A DNA stretch of 64,000 bases from Candidatus Uhrbacteria bacterium (GCA_016219925.1 JACRJU010000013.1:102566-166565); one strand, 5' to 3'. Shown: positions 41,973 through 51,540, counted from the stretch's first letter. Notes: generated by a model from the sequence alone, not told the origin. Program-made: numbers and translations.

Positions 41973-43079
41973 ATGAATGTTTTACGTATTGGCCTCATTG
42001 GAGCCGGATATATTGGACGTGAACACGCGCGCTGTCTGCGACTCATCGCTCCGTTGTTTGACGGGAAGGTTCAAGTGCTCGCCATTGCGGATACGAACAA
42101 ACAGGCCGCGCAGTTTGCGGCTCGCCAGTTTGCTATTCCGGTTGCAACGGCGAATGTGGATGAGGTGATCGATCACCCAGAGATCAATGTGATCTTTAGC
42201 TGTGTCCCGACCAAATTTCATCTTGATGTCATGCAAAAAGCGGTGGCAAAAGGTAAAGCCGTTTTTTGTGAAAAGCCCTTTGCGGTTTCGCTTGAGGACG
42301 CTCATCGTCTGCATGATCTTTTAACCAAAAACCAAACCCCTCATCAAGTGGGGTTTGTGCTTCGTTACGCGCCGACGTACCACGCACTCAAAAAAATGCT
42401 CGTAACGCACGCTGACGTCTCACCGTTGCGCACGGTGATTTTGCGCGACGATCAAGTGTTTCCGATTCAAGGGATTTCGCATTTTACCGATTGGCGCAGT
42501 CGCGTGGAGCTTGCGGGCGCGGGAGTTTTGATCGAACACGGGATCCACGATATTGATTTATTTGAGTGGTTATTTGGGCCCATCAAACGAGTGAGCGCGC
42601 GCATGAGTAATTTCGCCGGCTATCCCGGTATCGAGGATTACATCGAGATTCGTATGGAGTTTGAAAGCGGGGTCAGCGCTAACATGATTCATGTATGGCA
42701 TGAGATCGGGGCGCATCAATCCATTCGTCATTTTGAAATTTTCTTCCAAAAGGCTCTCATCACGCTCGATACGTACGACATGCATCACATAAACGTGCGC
42801 GATCAAGAAGCGGAAAAAACCTACGAGCGTCCGGATTTATTCAAACTCGTAAAAGACGATCCGTTGTTTACCGATGTGGCTGACCGTGAAGATTTGTTAT
42901 TTGTCAGCGATTATTACGCTCTACAAGATTATTGGTTTGTAAGAAATCTGCTTGAGGACAAGCCGCTTTTCCCAACCATCCAAGATGGATTGCGCGCATT
43001 TACGCTTGCGTACGCTTGTTACGAGAGCGCAAAAAAAGACGGCGCATGGGTTGCGACGTCTTCAAAAAAACCGGCTTAA
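41973..43079 (+). CDS. Gfo/Idh/MocA family oxidoreductase
   Basis: GLIGAGYIG, CEKP, GFVLRY, GVLIEHGIHDID. Confidence 0.92.
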   Translation: MNVLRIGLIGAGYIGREHARCLRLIAPLFDGKVQVLAIADTNKQAAQFAARQFAIPVATANVDEVIDHPEINVIFSCVPTKFHLDVMQKAVAKGKAVFCEKPFAVSLEDAHRLHDLLTKNQTPHQVGFVLRYAPTYHALKKMLVTHADVSPLRTVILRDDQVFPIQGISHFTDWRSRVELAGAGVLIEHGIHDIDLFEWLFGPIKRVSARMSNFAGYPGIEDYIEIRMEFESGVSANMIHVWHEIGAHQSIRHFEIFFQKALITLDTYDMHHINVRDQEAEKTYERPDLFKLVKDDPLFTDVADREDLLFVSDYYALQDYWFVRNLLEDKPLFPTIQDGLRAFTLAYACYESAKKDGAWVATSSKKPA

Positions 43080-43427
43080 GAAATTTTTCTTTTTGGGAAT
43101 CAGCGCTGACGGCGGAGTGACGGATGATTTGAGCGATTCAACGAACTGTACGAGACGCGCCATTTCGCGCTGGACAATCGGACCCTCATACTCGCCCGAG
43201 TGCGCATGAGCCCCTTCGTAGCTCGCTTCTTTTTGATCGACATGCAAGTTGATTTGCATGCCTTGGTTTTTATCTTCAGCGTAGGCGTGATAGCGGGGGA
43301 ATCGTTCTCCGGTCACGCGCCGAATAAAACTGATCTGTCCGCTTCGCGTGCGCTGTTCGCCATAGCCGGCGCGACGCATAAGGTTGCGCGTGTGATCGGA
43401 CAAGGGTCCGGCGATCCAATGTTGCAT
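43062..43427 (-). CDS. Conserved hypothetical protein (paralog of 43446-43835)
   Basis: MRRAGY..FPRYHAY..LHVDQ..HSGEYEG. Confidence 0.7.
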   Translation of the reverse strand: MQHWIAGPLSDHTRNLMRRAGYGEQRTRSGQISFIRRVTGERFPRYHAYAEDKNQGMQINLHVDQKEASYEGAHAHSGEYEGPIVQREMARLVQFVESLKSSVTPPSALIPKKKNFLSRFF

Positions 43428-43445
43428 ACATGCTGATCGTACCAT

Positions 43446-43835
43446 TTATTTGAAGAGCATATCAAACCAGTTTTGTTCTTTTGATGGAGGGGAGGCGGGA
43501 CGTGTGAGACGTTCGGTTCCGGCAACGCGAGGGACGTGGTCTTCGAGAATTTCGGTGATGCGACGCATCTCATCAGACACTCGGCTTCCCTCATAAGCCC
43601 ATGTTTGATCGTGATTTCCTTTGTGTCCAATGGGATCAAGCGCGTCGAAATGAAGATCGATTTGTAGTTTGTTTGCTATCTCAATCGAGTAGGCGTGGAA
43701 CCGAGGGAACGCTGGATCATTCAGCCGTCGGTGATAACACGGTCGGCCATCTTTGGCGCAATGATAATCATATCCGATGCGTTTCATGGCGGCTTCGATC
43801 GAGACGTGGGGAGAAAGTGTAAAAGACTTTCTCAT
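43446..43835 (-). CDS. Conserved hypothetical protein (paralog of 43062-43427)
   Basis: MKRIGY..FPRFHAY..LHFDA..WAYEG. Confidence 0.7.
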   Translation of the reverse strand: MRKSFTLSPHVSIEAAMKRIGYDYHCAKDGRPCYHRRLNDPAFPRFHAYSIEIANKLQIDLHFDALDPIGHKGNHDQTWAYEGSRVSDEMRRITEILEDHVPRVAGTERLTRPASPPSKEQNWFDMLFK

Positions 43836-43917
43836 ATCCCCTTTACTGTCGCGCGTCTACAAACGTTTTGTCAAGCGTCTTTCAAAATAAAAAAACCGCT
43901 GCGATGAGGCAGACGGG

Positions 43918-44559
43918 CTAGGGAGACTCGCGGCGGTGGCAGGCCTTGTCGTAGGCGGAACTGCCGATCAGCACGCGGTTGAGCTTGTCGCTCGAGGTCA
44001 GGTAGAGCTGGAGCGTGTCGTCGTTGACGTGTGGGAGGGGGACGTATTTCCCCCTGTGCGCGGTTGCGAACGCTTGACGCTCTGCCTCGTCTTGAAAGAA
44101 GAAACCGTGACGGCCACGGATTGCGTTTTCGACCTGGACGAAGTCGTCGCACGAGAGCGCGTCGATGGCTTCCTTGGGGATGCGCTCGTTGTCGAATACG
44201 TGTTGGATGGCGACTTCCAGGGCAGTCGGCGTGGCCGAGGCCGGAAGCGGTTGCGCATCGCTTTGGCCAGGAGCGGTGTCCGCGAGCGATCCCGCGTCGG
44301 GTTCTCCGACTCCCAGCGCGTCCGCGGCCATCGCCGCATCTGCGCTGTCCGGCGCGCTGCCTGCATCCGGCTGGCCGATCGAGCTGGTGTCGGTCGCCGC
44401 GGAAGCCGTGGCATCATTGATGTCCGAACCGGCATCGACGATCGAGGCCGCATGGTCCGGTTCTGCGGCGGAGGCCCTCATGATGAGGTGCCAGGGCAGG
44501 ACGAGCACGGCGGCGAAAAGCACCGCCAATGCCGTGCGAGAGAACGTGGATGGGTTCAC
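43918..44559 (-). CDS. Secreted/anchored protein with low-complexity linker and YARHG-like C-terminal domain (GC-rich cassette)
   Basis: Signal/TM segment, A/D/S/P-rich repeats (DAGS), ENAIRGRHGFFFQD. Promoter TTGACA(44632-44627)-17-TAAGTT, GAGGTG SD. Confidence 0.7.
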   Translation of the reverse strand: MNPSTFSRTALAVLFAAVLVLPWHLIMRASAAEPDHAASIVDAGSDINDATASAATDTSSIGQPDAGSAPDSADAAMAADALGVGEPDAGSLADTAPGQSDAQPLPASATPTALEVAIQHVFDNERIPKEAIDALSCDDFVQVENAIRGRHGFFFQDEAERQAFATAHRGKYVPLPHVNDDTLQLYLTSSDKLNRVLIGSSAYDKACHRRESP

Positions 44560-44808
44560 GGAGCACCTCTTGATATCTGGACGAGGAATTTCGCCAGGAA
44601 AATAACTTACAGATAGTATGGGGAATTGTCAATCGTGTTGAGGTTTTGTATACTTCCACTGCTCATTGAGCGCCCCCGTCAGAATCTTTCCCTGTCATCC
44701 CGGTTTTCCTCCCTCGAGATGACAGAATGCGAGATGGCACAGAGGCGCAGCGTTGAGAGAAAAATCAAGAATGACAAAGGGAGGGAAGCGTTCAAAAAAT
44801 TGATTCAC

Positions 44809-44896
44809 GGAGAGGTCGCATAGAGGTCGATTGCGCGCGCTTGGAAAGCGCGTATACCGCAAGGTATCGAGGGTTCGAATCCCTCCCTCTCCGCCA
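44809..44896 (+). tRNA. tRNA-Ser(GGA)
   Basis: ggagagg acceptor stem, cgcgc-ttGGAaa-gcgcg anticodon arm, long variable arm, ggttcgaatcc, CCA end. Confidence 0.96.
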
Positions 44897-44935
44897 GCTA
44901 AAAAGGACTCATGTTTTGAGTCCTTTTTAGCTGGC
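44893..44935. terminator. Bidirectional hairpin terminator after tRNA-Ser
   Basis: gccagctaaaaaggactca..tgagtcctttttagctggc perfect inverted repeat. Confidence 0.75.
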
Positions 44936-44979
44936 TTCGTTTAATGTAAAAACCGGCCCGTGGGGTCGGTGGTGATGTG

Positions 44980-45783
44980 TCACGTCTGCATCGGCGCGAC
45001 GTGGATCTTTCCTCGTTGGTCGGACGTTTTGGCGTTTCGCAGCTGAGCGTCTGCGCTCTCGAACAGACGTTCGAAGATGCCTTCGACACTGCTACCGGGA
45101 ATGATGATCTGGCTTGCCACGCCGATCGTCACCCCTTGGTGAATGGCGGTGCCGCCGACCATGCATGGTCCGGCTTGCGTGTTGTGCACGATCCGGTTGG
45201 CAACGTATTCGCCGTTGTTCACGACCGCAGTCCATGTCGGATCGACACCTCCGCTTTGGTCAAAAGCGGAAGATGCCAGGTCGCGGTCACGATGTCCGGC
45301 GCGTTCGGCCGGCGGCTGGCTGGCGGAAGTGAAGACAACGAATTCCTCGCCGCCCCATCGAACCACAACGTCCGAACCACGCAGCCATCGCTTGAGAATG
45401 TTGGCGAACCAGATGAGTACGTGATCGCCCGTCGTGTGTCCGTACTGTTTGTTCACGCGACCGCAGTAGTCGAGATCGAGCACGAGCACGGAGACGGTCC
45501 CGTGAAAGGGCACGCCGCCGATGCGGCTCAGTCGTTCAGAGATCATCTGTCGCCCAGGCTCTCGTCGCAGGAGGCCTGTGAGCGGACAGTGAATCTCCCG
45601 AGTGTTCTGTTGCATGAGCAGGGTGCGGCCGGCTGTACTCCGGACGAACGTTTCGATGATGTTCCTGTCGCTGGCTGTGGGGAAGATTCCGGTTTGGTCT
45701 TCCAATCCGCCAGGGTACCGCAGAACGAGTTCTCCTTCCGGTGTGTACCGGATGGAAACCCCATTGCCGTTTTGACTTCCCAT
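44980..45783 (-). CDS. GGDEF (GGEEF) diguanylate cyclase-like protein (GC-rich cassette)
   Basis: CPLTGL, DLD..VNKQYGHTTGD, RGSD I-site, RWGGEEF. Promoter TTGACA(45850-45845)-17-TAGGGT, GAGGT SD. Confidence 0.85.
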   Translation of the reverse strand: MGSQNGNGVSIRYTPEGELVLRYPGGLEDQTGIFPTASDRNIIETFVRSTAGRTLLMQQNTREIHCPLTGLLRREPGRQMISERLSRIGGVPFHGTVSVLVLDLDYCGRVNKQYGHTTGDHVLIWFANILKRWLRGSDVVVRWGGEEFVVFTSASQPPAERAGHRDRDLASSAFDQSGGVDPTWTAVVNNGEYVANRIVHNTQAGPCMVGGTAIHQGVTIGVASQIIIPGSSVEGIFERLFESADAQLRNAKTSDQRGKIHVAPMQT

Positions 45784-45904
45784 GTCCTACCTCATGACCT
45801 CTATTGAGAGGGTGACCGTCCACCCTAGCTCAAAAATAGGAAATTGTCAACTGATCGTGTTCAGTATTCTTTGCGCTTGGGGGTGAATAAGGTAGGCTGT
45901 GATC

Positions 45905-47701
45905 ATGTTAGATCCGAAAGATGAAATCAAACAAAAAATTGATATCGTCGAACTCATCGGCGAATATTTGACGCTCAAACCCGCCGGGACACACGCGTTT
46001 AAAGCCGTTTGTCCGTTTCATGCCGAGAAAACGCCGTCGCTTCATGTCTCATCCGATCGTCAGATTTGGCACTGCTTTGGATGCGGGGAAGGAGGTGATT
46101 GTTTAAGTTTCGTCATGAAGATGGAGGGAATGGATTTTGCCGAGGCGCTGATGCACCTCGGCCAGAAGGTGGGGGTGGAGGTGAAGCGTTTTGCGACGCC
46201 GCAGGGCAATCAGAATCTGCGGCTGTCCGAAATCAACGAACTGGCCGCTCGGTATTATCAAAAAGTTCTTGAGCAATCATCGGGGGCTCAAGAAGCACGT
46301 GCGTATGTGCAGAAGCGTGGGATCACCTCGGAACTCTCAACGCGTTTTGGACTCGGATATGCGATGGACCAATGGGACGGCCTCTGTATTTTTTTGCTCA
46401 AGCGCGGGTATGCCCAACAGGAAATTGTGGCCGCGGGTTTAGGCCAGACCAAACGATCGGGTTCTGGGTTGATTGATCGCTTTCGCGGACGACTGATGAT
46501 TCCTCTACGCGACCAGCATGGGAAGACCGTGGGCTTCACCGGTCGATTGATCGCGTCCGCTGTAGGTCCCGACGCTTCCGCTTCGCCAAAATATCTCAAC
46601 TCCCCTGAAACGCCGATCTATCACAAAGGTCGTCTGTTGTATGGATTAGATTTGGCCAAGCGAGCGAGTAAAGAGGCGAAGGCAATCATTATTGTCGAAG
46701 GTAATTTGGATGTGGTGGCTTCGCACAAGGCCGGCGTCGAGCATGTGGTTGCGAGTTCAGGCACCGCGCTCACGCGCGATCAATTTGAACTCCTCTCTCG
46801 TTACACGCAAACGGTCATTTTTTGTTTTGATCAAGACGCGGCGGGCCTCACCGCCGCCAAACGAGGCGTCTCGATCGCGCACGCGCTTCAGTTTGATATC
46901 CGAGCGATCTTGCTTCCAGACGGGGCTAAAGATCCAGACGATCTCGTGCAAAAGGATCCTATGGCTTGGCGACATCTCTGCGAGACATCCATTCCGTTTA
47001 TGGCGTATCTCGTCAGTCGAACCATCAAAGGAAAAAATCTTACGAGCATTGATGACAAGCGTGAGATTTCAAAAGAGTTACTCCCAGCGATTGCAGAGAT
47101 GAGTGACCCTGTGGAGCAAGAACACTGGCTTGGCGAAGTCAGCAGACTGTTGAGCACGGATGAAAGCGCGCTCCGGCGAGCGATCAGACCGTCTCCCATA
47201 GAAAAAAAATCTGCCCCGCTTTCACCCATCCATACCGGACGTCTCAATAAAGAGGGGCAGGCGTTTGCGCTTTTGTTTGGACTTGCCTTAAGCGATGAGG
47301 ATCACGCTCGAACATTTTTTGAAAATCCTCCGTCCTTGCCACGAGAGACGTCCGGTTTGTCCGAGCTTTACACCAAAGCGGAAATCCTTTATCATTCCGG
47401 CAGTAACGCACCCCATCACACATTTTTTTCGCGGCTTCGCTCTGCTCTTGAAGCGCAACAACGAGATGACCTGATTGGCTCTCTCGACACGATCGCCCTT
47501 CTGGCAGAGACAACCTTCGAGGCTATGGAGTCCAAAGAGGTGCCACAATTTATTGAGACCCTGCGCGACGTGCTTGCACGCCACTTTTCGCGAGAGCGAC
47601 GCCGGGCATTGGCCGAGCACATTCGCGATGCGGAACGCTCGGGCGACCAAGAAGCCGTTCGTCGGCTTCTGGAGGAATTAAATTTTGAAAAAGATCCATA
47701 A
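45905..47701 (+). CDS. dnaG: DNA primase
   Basis: CPFHAEKTPS..CFGC Zn finger, PKYLNSPET, VEGNLD, FDQDAAG, KDPD. Confidence 0.97.
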   Translation: MLDPKDEIKQKIDIVELIGEYLTLKPAGTHAFKAVCPFHAEKTPSLHVSSDRQIWHCFGCGEGGDCLSFVMKMEGMDFAEALMHLGQKVGVEVKRFATPQGNQNLRLSEINELAARYYQKVLEQSSGAQEARAYVQKRGITSELSTRFGLGYAMDQWDGLCIFLLKRGYAQQEIVAAGLGQTKRSGSGLIDRFRGRLMIPLRDQHGKTVGFTGRLIASAVGPDASASPKYLNSPETPIYHKGRLLYGLDLAKRASKEAKAIIIVEGNLDVVASHKAGVEHVVASSGTALTRDQFELLSRYTQTVIFCFDQDAAGLTAAKRGVSIAHALQFDIRAILLPDGAKDPDDLVQKDPMAWRHLCETSIPFMAYLVSRTIKGKNLTSIDDKREISKELLPAIAEMSDPVEQEHWLGEVSRLLSTDESALRRAIRPSPIEKKSAPLSPIHTGRLNKEGQAFALLFGLALSDEDHARTFFENPPSLPRETSGLSELYTKAEILYHSGSNAPHHTFFSRLRSALEAQQRDDLIGSLDTIALLAETTFEAMESKEVPQFIETLRDVLARHFSRERRRALAEHIRDAERSGDQEAVRRLLEELNFEKDP

Positions 47702-47740
47702 CTCTCTCACGCGCATGACGCTGAGACGGTGACGTTTCCT

Positions 47741-48970
47741 ATGCAGAAAAAAAAGGGTGTGAAGAAGCCGGTCAAGAAGCCGGCAAAAAAGATGGGGGTA
47801 AAAAAATTGACGATTCGTTCAAAGCCAAAAGTCGCTCCGGCTCCGGCTAAAACTCCTGCAGTGCGCTATAAGCGCGCCGAACCTCCCTCGCGGGAGGTGC
47901 TCGATCGGTTGATGGAAAAAGGCAAGCAACGCGGATACATCACGGAGAACGAGGTGTTGTTTACGTTTAGCGATGTAGAAGATTACGTGGAGATGTTTGA
48001 AGAATTTTTGGATCGCATGGAGCGGATGGGAGTGCATTTTGTTGAACTCAAGGAAGGCATTCTCGGACACGCGGCGGACCGTGACGAAGTGTATGACAAG
48101 ATCCGTCTCACGCACGAAAAACAAAAAGGGATTTCGGTTCCTGAACTTACGCAAGATTCCATCCAAATGTATCTGCGCGAGATTGGAAAGATCCCCTTGT
48201 TGAATGGCGAACAAGAAGTGGCGCTGGCCAAGCGTAAGGAGCGTAATGAAAAAGAAGCCGAGCGACGTCTCATCGAAGCCAACCTTCGATTGGTTGTATC
48301 CATTGCCAAGAAGTTTGTGGGTAAGCAGATGTCTCTTCTCGATCTGATTCAAGAAGGCAACATCGGGTTGTTTCGCGCGGTAAAAAAGTTTGAGTATCGC
48401 AAAGGATACAAGTTTTCAACGTATGCGACGTGGTGGATTCGCCAAGCCATTACCCGCGCGCTTGCCGACCAGTCGCGCACGATCCGCATTCCGGTTCACA
48501 TGGTTGAGACGATCAACCGTTTCCAACAGATCGAACGCCAACTGATTCAAGACCTCGGCCGCGAACCGCTTCCTGAAGAGATCGCGGCGGAAATGGGGGA
48601 GAGTGTAGCTAAAGTGCGGCACATTCGGAAGATTTCGCAAGAAACGGTTTCCCTTGAAACGTCCGTTGGAGATGATGACGAAGATTCTAAGCTTGAAGAT
48701 TTTCTTGAAGACGTCAAGACGATTTCGCCGGATCGTCAGGCCGCGCGTGAATTGCTCAAAGATTATGTCACCAAAGCGATGGAAGGACTTACCCCGCGCG
48801 AACAGAAGATTTTGGAAATGCGGTTTGGCTTAACCGACGGCGTGTCGCACACGCTCGAAGAAGTGGGCCGCGAGTTCGATGTGACGCGCGAGCGCATCCG
48901 TCAAATCGAAGCCAAGGCGCTTGAAAAAATCCAAGCAAATCCGCTCATCGAGAAATTAAGAGATTACTAG
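47741..48970 (+). CDS. rpoD: RNA polymerase primary sigma factor
   Basis: [48 protein letters not shown]. Confidence 0.97.
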   Translation: MQKKKGVKKPVKKPAKKMGVKKLTIRSKPKVAPAPAKTPAVRYKRAEPPSREVLDRLMEKGKQRGYITENEVLFTFSDVEDYVEMFEEFLDRMERMGVHFVELKEGILGHAADRDEVYDKIRLTHEKQKGISVPELTQDSIQMYLREIGKIPLLNGEQEVALAKRKERNEKEAERRLIEANLRLVVSIAKKFVGKQMSLLDLIQEGNIGLFRAVKKFEYRKGYKFSTYATWWIRQAITRALADQSRTIRIPVHMVETINRFQQIERQLIQDLGREPLPEEIAAEMGESVAKVRHIRKISQETVSLETSVGDDDEDSKLEDFLEDVKTISPDRQAARELLKDYVTKAMEGLTPREQKILEMRFGLTDGVSHTLEEVGREFDVTRERIRQIEAKALEKIQANPLIEKLRDY

Positions 48971-49028
48971 CATTTTTTTGCAACGATTTTGTTAGACTGG
49001 CGATATAGTTCGTGTAAAGGTCGCCCCT

Positions 49029-49661
49029 ATGTCTATAACCCAAAAGGAGGTCGCCAATGCCCAACATGACCCAGAGGCATTCGGGCGGTTGTATGACGAG
49101 TACTACCAGCCCGTCTTTGGGTTTATGTATAGCCGCACTGGAAATTGTGAGCTCGCCAAAGATCTTACGAGCGAAACGTTCTTTCAGGCTTTAAAGAATC
49201 TCCATCGCTATCAGCCGCGCGAAGGCGCATCGTTTAAGTCGTGGCTGTTCGCGATCGCGGTTGCGCAAATCGGCAACTATTATCGTCACCGAGCTAAGAT
49301 GTTCGAGGTCACGGTTGAGGAAGCTCCGGAGATTATCGGACACGCAGATTTTCAACCAGACCTCGCGTATCAAATGGGGGAAGACGCCGACGAGTTGCAA
49401 GAGAAAATCGAATTGCTTCGCCGCATGATGAAAGAACTGAACGGGAAACAACACGATATTTTGACTCTGCGATTTTTTTCCAAGATGACCGTTCCGGAGA
49501 TTGCTGTAACGCTCAAAATGAAGGAAGGCACGATCAAGTCCCATATTCATCGAGCACTAAAAAAACTTCAGGATCTCATGACGCTAACCGATCGCTCATC
49601 CGTTCTCACACCCCAGACCTCTCGTTCCACAATGTATGAACCACAATCCGCTCAAAATTGA
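49029..49661 (+). CDS. ECF-type sigma-70 factor
   Basis: AFGRLYDEY, AKDLTSETF, FKSWLFAIA, EIA..GTIKSHIHRA. Confidence 0.9.
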   Translation: MSITQKEVANAQHDPEAFGRLYDEYYQPVFGFMYSRTGNCELAKDLTSETFFQALKNLHRYQPREGASFKSWLFAIAVAQIGNYYRHRAKMFEVTVEEAPEIIGHADFQPDLAYQMGEDADELQEKIELLRRMMKELNGKQHDILTLRFFSKMTVPEIAVTLKMKEGTIKSHIHRALKKLQDLMTLTDRSSVLTPQTSRSTMYEPQSAQN

Positions 49662-50046
49662 AGACCTGCTTGAGCCCGCCGGTTCAATTGAATCGCGCGA
49701 AGATTTGTCGCACCGTTATGCATTGCGCCGCGAATTGTTGTGTTCACGGCATTTTGAAGATGCGCGTGCGGCATCGCGTATGCCGGTCGGACGATGGGCG
49801 GCTTTTGGCGCGCCTCTTTTGGCCGGCGGGATGTTGGTTTTGCTCGTCTCATTTACCGGTGCACCTTCTGGAGAAGCAAGCCCGATCGTTCGTCAGACAG
49901 GAGATACCAAAGTCGTTCAAGCAACGCCTGTGATTGATTTGCCTGTTGCGGTCAATGACTTCATTGATTTGCGCGAACCAACAACGATGCCTCAAACCGT
50001 GAAATTTGTTCCCGTGCAAACGGCCAGTCACGTCTTGTTGCGCTAA
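49636..50046 (+). CDS. Single-TM protein, putative anti-sigma factor
   Basis: Overlaps the ECF sigma gene and has one TM segment; function inferred from position only. Confidence 0.55.
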   Translation: MNHNPLKIEDLLEPAGSIESREDLSHRYALRRELLCSRHFEDARAASRMPVGRWAAFGAPLLAGGMLVLLVSFTGAPSGEASPIVRQTGDTKVVQATPVIDLPVAVNDFIDLREPTTMPQTVKFVPVQTASHVLLR

Positions 50047-50069
50047 CGTGGCGCATGGTAAAATTAAAG

Positions 50070-50285
50070 CACTCCACAGAAACTCATTTGGGCAAAACTT
50101 GGCTGTCGGGTTTAGAACCAGAGTCGCTTTGGCGGCTTTGTCAGAACCCTGCGATACGGCCTCATCAGCAGGCCAAACAAAACAGGACGGTCATTCGGCG
50201 AAAGCTGAAACGCAGGTCCTGTTGGAACGTCTCCGGCGCCGCCGGATATCCAATTGTCGCAAGCCAAATTGAGTGCTGTGGAGTT
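50070..50285 (+). ncRNA. Candidate structured ncRNA (~215 nt, family unassigned)
   Basis: Ends pair (actccacag/ctgtggagt, actca/tgagt, tttgg/ccaaa); four internal hairpins with G-U pairs and a GAAA tetraloop; TGG-TAAAAT extended -10 just upstream; T-rich tail. Confidence 0.65.
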
Positions 50286-50293
50286 TTGTGTTT

Positions 50294-51190
50294 TCAATGA
50301 GGTGAAAGATAAAGTTTTTCACATCGCTTGCAGATGAATTTTTCTTGGATCAATTTATTGATGAGCGAAGTGATCCAAAGATGGTCTGCCGCACCATAAG
50401 TGGCGTCAACTAATGGACCGATGTTTTGATGAACGATACCTTTTGAATGTTCACGGATCACGCGCAGAATGCGTCCGCGGTAAATGCGATCGGGAAAGCG
50501 TTTTCCGGGATGGATATGTTCATGTGCGCGAGGCGTCAAGCGTTGAGGTTTGCCCACGCGTCCAGAGAGAAATTTCGCGGCGGCTTTGCACTGCGTGCGC
50601 AGGGGACAGCGCGCGCACGCGGGTTGTTTTGTGCACACCAGACTCGCTAAATCGAAAAGCGCTTGAGGGACGTCGTAGAATGCCTCGCGCTTGGGCAGAA
50701 CCTGATCGAAATATTTTTGTAGACGCGTGTCAACATTTTGAGAAGGGAAAGGTATGCCGAGAAATAGGCGAGCGAGAACACGACGGATGTTGGTGTCGAG
50801 GGGCATGAGGCGTTCGTGTGCGCTAAAGGTTCGAATAGCCGCCGCGGTATAAGGGCCGATGCCCTTGAGCGCGCGCCACGCTTGCAAAGAATCTGGAACG
50901 CCGCGAGCGACGATCTGTCGCGCGATCTCGCGCAACATCAGAGGTCGTCGATTATATCCAAGACCGGCCCATGCGTGCAGGAGAGCTGGGGTTTTCGCGC
51001 GCGCGAGTTTTTCAAAGGTTGGAAATGCACGCATCCATTTATCATAAAACAACAGGACGCGATCGACCTGCGTTTGTTGGAGCATGATTTCGCTGATGAG
51101 AATGCGGTAGGGATCGCACGTTTGGCGCCACGGAAGATTCCGTCCATGTTTCCGATACCAGCGTAAGAGGTTTTGAGAAACGGTCTGCAC
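50294..51190 (-). CDS. mutY: A/G-specific adenine glycosylase (MutY-like, short form)
   Basis: RNLPWR, SEIMLQQTQV, WAGLGYNRR, LKGIGPYTA HhH, DTNIRRV, C-x6-C-x2-C-x5-C Fe-S motif. Confidence 0.9.
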   Translation of the reverse strand: MQTVSQNLLRWYRKHGRNLPWRQTCDPYRILISEIMLQQTQVDRVLLFYDKWMRAFPTFEKLARAKTPALLHAWAGLGYNRRPLMLREIARQIVARGVPDSLQAWRALKGIGPYTAAAIRTFSAHERLMPLDTNIRRVLARLFLGIPFPSQNVDTRLQKYFDQVLPKREAFYDVPQALFDLASLVCTKQPACARCPLRTQCKAAAKFLSGRVGKPQRLTPRAHEHIHPGKRFPDRIYRGRILRVIREHSKGIVHQNIGPLVDATYGAADHLWITSLINKLIQEKFICKRCEKLYLSPH

Positions 51191-51285
51191 AGGATCTTTA
51201 TTTTAACCTCTTGACAGCCTCTTGCAAGGCCGTTCTAGGGTAGGTATCATAGTTCCACTAAATCATAACGTATTTGCGTATACGT

Positions 51286-51432
51286 ATGTTGCTTCCATAC
51301 AGTTTCGTCATGGACGATGAAGACTGGGGATCTGACGACGACGAGGACAAAGAGGGTATGGGTTCCGACGTCGAAGAGAGTGATGACGCTGATGACGATG
51401 GTGACGACGCCGATGGTGGGGAAGAGTGGTAG
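51286..51432 (+). CDS. Tiny hyper-acidic protein (48 aa; 40 aa if started at 51310)
   Basis: MLLPYSFVMDDEDWGSDDDEDKEGMGSDVEESDDADDDGDDADGGEEW; upstream TTGCAA-17-TATCAT; downstream aaaacagacc..ggtctgtttt hairpin. Confidence 0.6.
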   Translation: MLLPYSFVMDDEDWGSDDDEDKEGMGSDVEESDDADDDGDDADGGEEW

Positions 51433-51540
51433 ATATAAAACAGACCTTTCATAGGTCTGTTTTTCTATTGACGAAAGGAGGTATTTCATGTACGATAGCG
51501 ACGCCGCAACGGGATAAGGCTAAAGACTTTTGGAGGAATG

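Noticed and set aside
50070-50285. Assignment of the ncRNA candidate as RNase P, SRP, c-di-GMP riboswitch or hammerhead ribozyme
   Set aside because: Only fragments resemble these (CCACAGAAA, TGAAACG, GGTCA..GAAA..GCAG, minus-strand CTGATGA); the required partner motifs are missing.
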